From NCBI GenBank assembly GCA_904063045.1, contig CAJFCJ010000023.1:682001-746000 (forward strand): DNA of 64,000 nucleotides. The letters are read 5' to 3'. The stretch's first letter is position 1; every line of letters begins with the position of its first letter. Of this stretch, positions 56,704 to 64,000 are shown piece by piece. Below the pieces are notes generated by a model. That model ran no database searches. It had not been told where the DNA came from and saw nothing but the letters and a program-made list of their open reading frames with translations. Made by a program: the position numbers and the translations under genes. This stretch comes from Dimorphilus gyrociliatus. Taxonomy: Eukaryota > Animalia > Annelida.

Positions 56704-56803
56704 CTTACGCGCTAAGTAATTACCTCTTTCATCTCTAAAGGTGGGATTAAATTGCGACGACATTGGTGAGAAATGGTCGCTAAAGGAATCCTCAAGAGAT
56801 TAG
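54063..56803 (+). CDS. PDX1: PLP synthase subunit (PDX1/SNZ/PdxS), ~312 aa
   Basis: join(54063..54078 [provisional],54243..54391,54514..54594,54665..54785,54997..55143,56180..56541,56741..56803). Motifs: [83 protein letters not shown]. Confidence 0.95.
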
Positions 56804-59800
56804 ATTGTAAAGGCAAAGGAAAGAAACGCAAAAAAAAAGAGAGGAAATATCGTAAATCATAAAAAGGAAAAAAAGAATAAATAAATCGCAATGAAAAGAA
56901 AGACGCAAGTCGGCTTATTTCTACTTTTAATCGTAATGGAAAATGTGTAAAAAAAAGATTATTTGAATAAATTTCTAGTGCATTTATCCCTCATCTAAAT
57001 TCTTTTACAAATTAATATATCAATATCTCCTACAATAGAACCCATGTCTTTTAATTTTTCATCATATAATCAGATAATACTGTGTATACAGAATAGTTTA
57101 TTCCGTTCAAACACCATTCAACTCGCCAATAGGTGCCAAATACAGTATATCTATAAAAACTTTATTACGCTCTTTTACTTGCCTATAGCAAAAGCAATCG
57201 CGAAGTAAACTGTAGATGCGCTAAACGTTTTATGTATAGCTTTATTACTGCTAAATAAGAGAAACAAAACTACTACGTAATAGTTGCAAATCCTTGCGTT
57301 TATGTATTATTGCTTTATTTTTCACTTGAACGACAATGTTCACATTTCAGAGAATGAACCGAGCACTAGTCCTTTCGAATATCAGAGGGATCTCCTAACC
57401 ATATTCTTAATTTTAAACAAGATTAGAGTGTCTCTCTCTCTCGCCAAACCTATCAGAGGAAATTACTGTATAATATCAGGCCTCTTTTTTCAGAGTGCTT
57501 GTAAAAGAAAATAATTTCCTCCCGCCTATTCAACTTACAAATGTAAAACATTCATTTGTAATATTTCTTCTCGTTGCATATTTGTGGTTGTCGTCCTTAG
57601 CCTGTTCCAGATAAGCCTAATTAATTGAGATGTTTTAATGTTGCATATCTTTGCCTGCATCTTCTTGCTGAAGAAAAGTCTAGAAATTTATTGCACCATA
57701 GTTGTTTCTCTTTCCTCCTCACTTCGCATCCTAAAACCGTTAAAGGACAAAGGTTTTCCAAGAATTAGGAGATGGTAGCATTACTCTACCAATTCTTTAG
57801 TCTTACAGTTTATCTATTCGAATATCAGATTAGCCGCTATTAGGACTGTTACTACTATACTATTTTAATTAGTGCCTTACAAGAGGTCAGACTGCATTCA
57901 TTTCGTGACGTCTATTATACTAATTTAGATATCATTTATCTTTATCGTGATTGCCATCAAACTTATCTTAAACAGGCCTTTTGATCGGACAATGACAGTT
58001 ATCTTGACAATAAATCTTTCAATTATTTTAATAATAATACATTTATTGTTCATGCAATTTTACAATTAACTCACTTAGAATTTCATGATTTTTTCATTCT
58101 AGTTATACTTATTATTGTTCAAACAGAGAGACATGCCTATCATATCTCTTTGATATAAAGTTTTTTGAAGTACATACTGCAGTTTTTGTTGATTTCGCTC
58201 TTTCTCTCTCTCTCTCTCTCTAGAAAAAAACTTTTAAGATGCTAGAGATCCGTTACTCTTTTTTTGCCAAAATGAATTACAAATAGCACTGTTCGTCACT
58301 CTAATATTTAAAGAATCATCAGGGTCATTTATAGGCAGAGGTGTCTGTTGGAGAGGAAATTTTCTCCCTTTCCTCTCCTTTCATAATTTAATCTGTATCG
58401 CTTCACTTATTCCTGCGTCAGCGTAAAGACAAATTGCTGGGGTTGAAGCGTTAACGGCTGCGATAGAATAGTAGCCCAATGATTTCAATAGTGTTAACAT
58501 TAATGACATAAAATGAATAAAGGAATTGTCGTAAAGAGTGCGTCTTTAGAAAAGCAAAGAGATAGAGAAAGAAAAGTAAATAATAATAAGAGTGCTATAT
58601 TGAATAATATGTGTCATGTGCCTGCTTTAAAAAACTATATCTTTCAAAGATAACACTTGATATTGAAACAATTTTGTGTAACAATGAAAGTGAAACAAAT
58701 GACATTGTTTCAAGTATAAATACTACACTTTTTCCATCAACAACTTTTTCGCTTACTCACTCTTCTTATTCGTTTTTTGCTCGGACTATTGTCTTACGCT
58801 CTTCTTATAGACGAAAGAGGTTAGAAATTGGCGACATTTCTTCACTCATTCACTTGCGCAGCAACCCGTCTACGCATCTATTTATCCATCCATCCATCCA
58901 TCCATCTGTCTATCTATGTATAACAAACACGCTTTTGTTTATTTCTCAATGGACATGCTTGTAATAAATAGGACAATAACAACTTAAGCAAAACACTGAC
59001 GCAGGAGAAACAAGGACACGAACCAACTATTAAATCTGATAAAAGATACTCGACTGAAAACTTGTTATTTCATTTAAAAATAAACGCAAAACACCCGCAA
59101 AACTCTCTTTCTTTGCCATCGTTCAGTTAATATATTCCTTTGCACACAATCACAAAAAATTTCGTCATCTCTCTTTCTTGTATTACGGTTAGATAAAAAA
59201 AAACTGAAAGTGAATAACGTAAACAAGTAAAGATATGAAATAAACTTGTACTTTGTTCGTATCATACGCGGACAAATCCATTATTAATATCTGGTAAGAG
59301 CCAGAGGGGGGTAGAATGGATAATCTACCTAAAGACAGATAGACAGATTGGCCGATAGATTAACGAAGGGACAGACGCGGAGAATAGAAGAAAACGAGCA
59401 AAACATAGTCGTAAAAAAACAAAAGGGAAATAATTCTAGTTGAACAGATTGAGATTATTAGAGGAGAATTTGACCAGACTTCTAGGAAAAGATAATTACA
59501 TTTAATTGAGATAATTATTTATCTGCATGGTATTTGTATTTCAAGTTCAACTTTGACAGATATTACAAATCTCGCTTGCAATTTGTAATATCTTATGTAA
59601 CAACAGTAAGTGAGTTAGGGTGTAAGTCTGTGTGTGTATTATTCAACATTTCTATCAGTCGCAGTAGTAGCCTAGCAGTCATTTTAAATATTTTATTTGT
59701 CATTCTTTCAACCTTTACCGACTTTCTGCTAAAGAAGTCAACATCAGGGGAGTAGGATTTTACTTGGTTCCCTGTTAACGCAAATTTTCTTTCCCTTGCT

Positions 59801-62800
59801 GTATTTTAGAAATCTTTACTAGTGAAATAAGAAAGAAAGCGAACAAACAAACAAGCAAACACGACTTAACCCTAACCCTATTTAATTTTCCCATTCCTCC
59901 AAGACCCCTGTCTCAACATATTTTTTGCTACCTCCAGCCTAACAATTCAGTATAGCTTCGCAATCTCAACCCCTATTTTTAATCTACGAGTTGAAAGGAA
60001 ATTTTTACGCATTGCTCATTAAACTTTACTGTATTGCCCTATTTTGTGACCATAAAAACATTATAGCTCATTTCCCTCTACGCTTCCTAGTTTTTTTTTT
60101 AAAATTTAATCGAAATTATTTAAAAGAAAATTGCTAAAATTTTTAGCTGGCCCTTTTTTTTTATCCCTATTCCCAACTCGCTCTTGCTTGCCTTCCGCTT
60201 CTTTCCCTCTTCCCTACTACCCCTTGCTCTCTATCGTACTTTCTCTCTCTCTCTCTCTGTACCGACCTATCTATGGCTGTGTATGTGTGTGTCTATTTGT
60301 ATGTTTGTCTGTCTCTCTGCTTGTCTTTCTTTTTCATCGTTGTTGATTTCTTTTTTTCTCCCTCACTCCCCCACCGCCTGATTTTATTTTATTAATAAAT
60401 GCTTCATTCTTCGACTCTTGACTAATATATCTCTGTGTACTAAAAGACTTTACTCTACAGAGATATAACTGAGGTTTTAGTGATTTACTCCCCTCTTACA
60501 TTTGCTAATTTAGATGCATTTAGATGTTAAAATAACACATCACCAAGTGTGAGTTTTCTCAAATCATATGAAAAATTAACTGCCCTCTCTCCACAGTTCT
60601 ACCGAATGTTTGGTAATCATAAGTATATTTGTTTACCTATAGATGGCGTCCTTACCAGGCAATAAAACAACTATTTGTGATAAGAATAGTAACCAAACTA
60701 CCGTTGTGTGTAAAAGATTTACGGTATGGAGAACGTAAATTCGTAATAAATTTTACAAGTGGATGCCTACCTGGCTACTATGTCGCATGTTCCCGATTTT
60801 TTTTTCATTGCATCATCATCATCATCAGTATCATCCTTTTATAGAAAATTACCAAATAGTAGACAAAATTGAGCAACTAGCTTAATATTTCTATTAAGAA
60901 ATATAGAGGGAGGGAAAATTGACAAACAAACAACTGTGCACTGTTGTATATTTTATAGTAAATAGCTATCTCGCAACGATATAAAAACAAGCAATAATTG
61001 ACTTTTTTCTACCCTTCCTTACTAGTAGATAAGCAATAATTGCTGTTGAATTCTCAGTTATTCACCCTTTTCCCATGGTATTATGCTCACGTCTAGTCAT
61101 AAATACAGGGTCAGAACTATTAATCTAATCCGACTAAGCAACGTATCATCTAGAATGTAACTTTACACTTTGAAAAACCGATTGATGAAAACAGATTATA
61201 TGCGTTAATGTCACATTCGTCGCTTGGCAGGTAATTGTAGATTGTTTAAAGTGCTTTCATTTCAATCTTATTCAATATTCTTCCAATAATGCTTTTCATT
61301 TAACCTGCTCAGTAGAAGAAAATATGTTACAACTGGCAAAGCACATCAAAGAGAAAACGCATTTCACACAATTCTATATTCTAAATTTAACTATCTTCAA
61401 TATTTATTTAATCAATATTCAAACGGGACAATCAGGGGTTTATCGTATTCTATTCTTGTTTTGCTTTCCAGTAACTGGTTTGTTACCTTGATTAGTCGTA
61501 ACCCATAATAACAGCTCTAGTCGGCTAATCAACTTGAACTCTGCTATGAAATCAGCATACAACTATTTCAAAGTATCCCCCAACCGCCACAATTGATTGG
61601 AAAATTCGACTTGTAGATAGTTCAATTGGCAGACAGTCCTCTAACACTCCAGGGGAGCTAAACATAGTGAATTGTTGCAAGTTGACGCCTTCAGCGACAC
61701 TAGAAATATACTTCGTTTAACGAAACATAAATACACCTGAAATTCCTAAATAATCTCCGAAGGATTACTATTACAGCAGCTACTGGACAATTCGCGCTTC
61801 TTGTTTTTCAGTACACCCAAGACGGAGATTAGTTGGGTTAAAAACTGACAGACGCATCTTACAATGAACACTTGAGAATGCTTCTTTCCTCTCTATGAGA
61901 CGACGTAAAAAGCCACTAGATGCTAAACGCCTACAAAGAGTAAAAGCCTACGAAAACTTTTTTCAGATTGGTACAACGATTAAACTATGCTTTATCCAGA
62001 TCGATCTATAAAGAAAGGAATAATGTCTATTGAGAACTATCTACATATTCAATAAGACTAAAAACAACATCAGCTCGTGTCTGGTCACCAAGCTAGAAGA
62101 CTTGAAAATCTAGTCTATAAACCTAACCCTTTTAAACGTTAATGATTTTCAATTGAGATTTAATAAATAATTTGTAAAAACTTCAATTACAGGAGAAAAC
62201 TTGAAATTTAAACGATCGCTTTCCATTACAAAATAATCCTTAATTCAGTAAAGTACGTTCAGGATTGAAATACTCCATATGTTCTGCGTTTTCTAATCAT
62301 TTGTAAACGTCCTCCACTCTAATTAGGGTGCTGGAGTAGAAATGATTCATTTTCGGCAAACATGTCTATTTTGTTACTATGTAAACTTTTAAGAGAGACA
62401 ATAGTAGCTGAAAAACTCGATGGTTAAGATCTAGCCGTGTAAATCTAGAAGATAATCATACCATTTGTCAAATGATTGTAAATGATTTCCTATTGTATAA
62501 TTCCTTTGATATTTTCAATTAAGATGATTTGTTTGTCCCTTGTTTCGTATTATATTTTATGGGAAAACGCTGCAACTTGAACATCAAATAAATACGCAAT
62601 TTGCTATTTTACATCATATAAAATAGTTAGGGTTAGGGTAAAACCACAACAGTTTGCTCGTTTTCATTAATATCCAATATTGGGCACTCATTCCTCTTTT
62701 TGCCATAGATAGATGCTATAGTTTGTTTTTCATGTATTTTATATTAAGCCTAACTTATCTACTCTTTCATTTATATTGATAATAACATTATTTAATTTAA

Positions 62801-64000
62801 CTTTTTTTTTAATTGTATAAATGGGAAAGTTGATTAATTTCTTTTAATAATTCTAGGGAATAGTTATCCCACATATAGTTAGCTTTTGCAAACAGGATTT
62901 TTGGAAATATGATGAGAGCAGATTCTCCTTTCATTTAATAAGGTCACTTGATCTATTTTGCCCTATGAGCATCTATCTGCTATTTTAAGATGGGTTGTTG
63001 GGTGTTAAGGTTTTGTTTCGCCTCAACATTGGCTCGTAGTAGATACATTCAATAGCGATGATGGATCTTGTAGTTGTTTGGTAACTGGTGTCAAGTTTGG
63101 GTTGTTTTTCCTTTTCGTCATTGATATACAGAACTACGGTGGCGCCAATGGTACTTGTAATTGGTTTAAAGATACTACTTAAACTTTGGGTAGGATTCTG
63201 GTTGATAGTGTAAAAATTTCAATAAATCTTTGTACTAATATTAGTACAATATTGTCCCAAAACTTTCCAGTACAGTAGGAAATTAGTTCAAAAGTGGCCT
63301 TAGAGACGGAGAAACTTGTACATCTCTTAAAAAGGCTTTTCAAAATCACTAGTATTTCCATGTTATAAATCGAAAACTTGAAAATTTTTTTATATAGTTT
63401 ACTATGCAGGTGATGGATTTTGTGATGAACGCACATTAGTGATGTACAAATATACAGTGGATGTTGTTGAAAACGCCCACAGTTTTGTGGTTTTACCCTA
63501 ACCCTAACCCAGCCCTGGACCCCTTTTAAAGCCCTTCATTGATCCTAACCCTTTGTTTGGACCCACCTAATTACAAATCAATTGTTGGAATATTTTTCCT
63601 AACCCTTTCCCACCCAAAATCTCACCCCAAAATAACTGCAAAATGGACGTTTTCAACAGTCCCCATATACGGTATATCCCATAAGAATATCTCTATTATT
63701 ATTTCTATCATTTGCAGTATTAACAGTACTATATCGTTTTTGAAACGGTTGAAAAATTATTGGGTATAACCCTTTCCAAAGAGTTTTTACTCGTCCATCC
63801 ACTATATTCAACAATCCCATCAACCGTCGTAAAAGATCGAAAGAAAAGATGAGCCCCTTTTATGACTCGCATTAAGAATCGGAGGACTTTTTATCAAGTA
63901 AAAATTGGACAGAAACTCGAACTGGGAAAATTAGAGTCAAGGCTACAACGTCAGCTTAAGGCTAACGAAGAGAAGATAAGTGTGTAGTGGAATTAGACTT

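Noticed and set aside
52148-56803. PDX pair as bacterial contamination or a recent prokaryotic insert
   Set aside because: Both genes have multiple GT-AG introns containing the same microsatellite types and AT content as the flanks, and they are divergent rather than in an operon. Ancient HGT or a eukaryotic source is not excluded.
62990-64000. Alternative genetic code (TAA/TAG read as Gln), suggested by frames that continue past single stops
   Set aside because: Confident genes in this window use TAA, TAG and TGA as real stops, and the read-through products match no family I recognise.

Overview
AT-rich, compact animal genomic DNA with short GT-AG introns (about 40-80 nt common) and many microsatellites. 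The gene content suggests an invertebrate, probably a lophotrochozoan or annelid (inference). I built gene models by hand from splice sites and frame continuity: a tripeptide-amide (NFY-NH2) neuropeptide precursor (+); an RS-less SRSF3/7-like RRM protein (+); a claudin/PMP22-like tetraspan protein (-); a small Polycomb/CBX protein (-); a 15-exon neprilysin-family (M13) protein that has lost all zinc ligands (-); two divergent class A GPCRs; a class C GPCR of the mXR/mangetout type (-); and an intron-containing, head-to-head PDX2/PDX1 pair encoding a complete PLP (vitamin B6) synthase. The PDX pair and the NFYamide precursor, which the ORF track misses, are the most interesting signals. About 3-8 kb, 26.3-29.4 kb and 57-64 kb hold exon-like segments I could not assemble. 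I found no rRNA, tRNA, CRISPR array or recognisable intact transposon.
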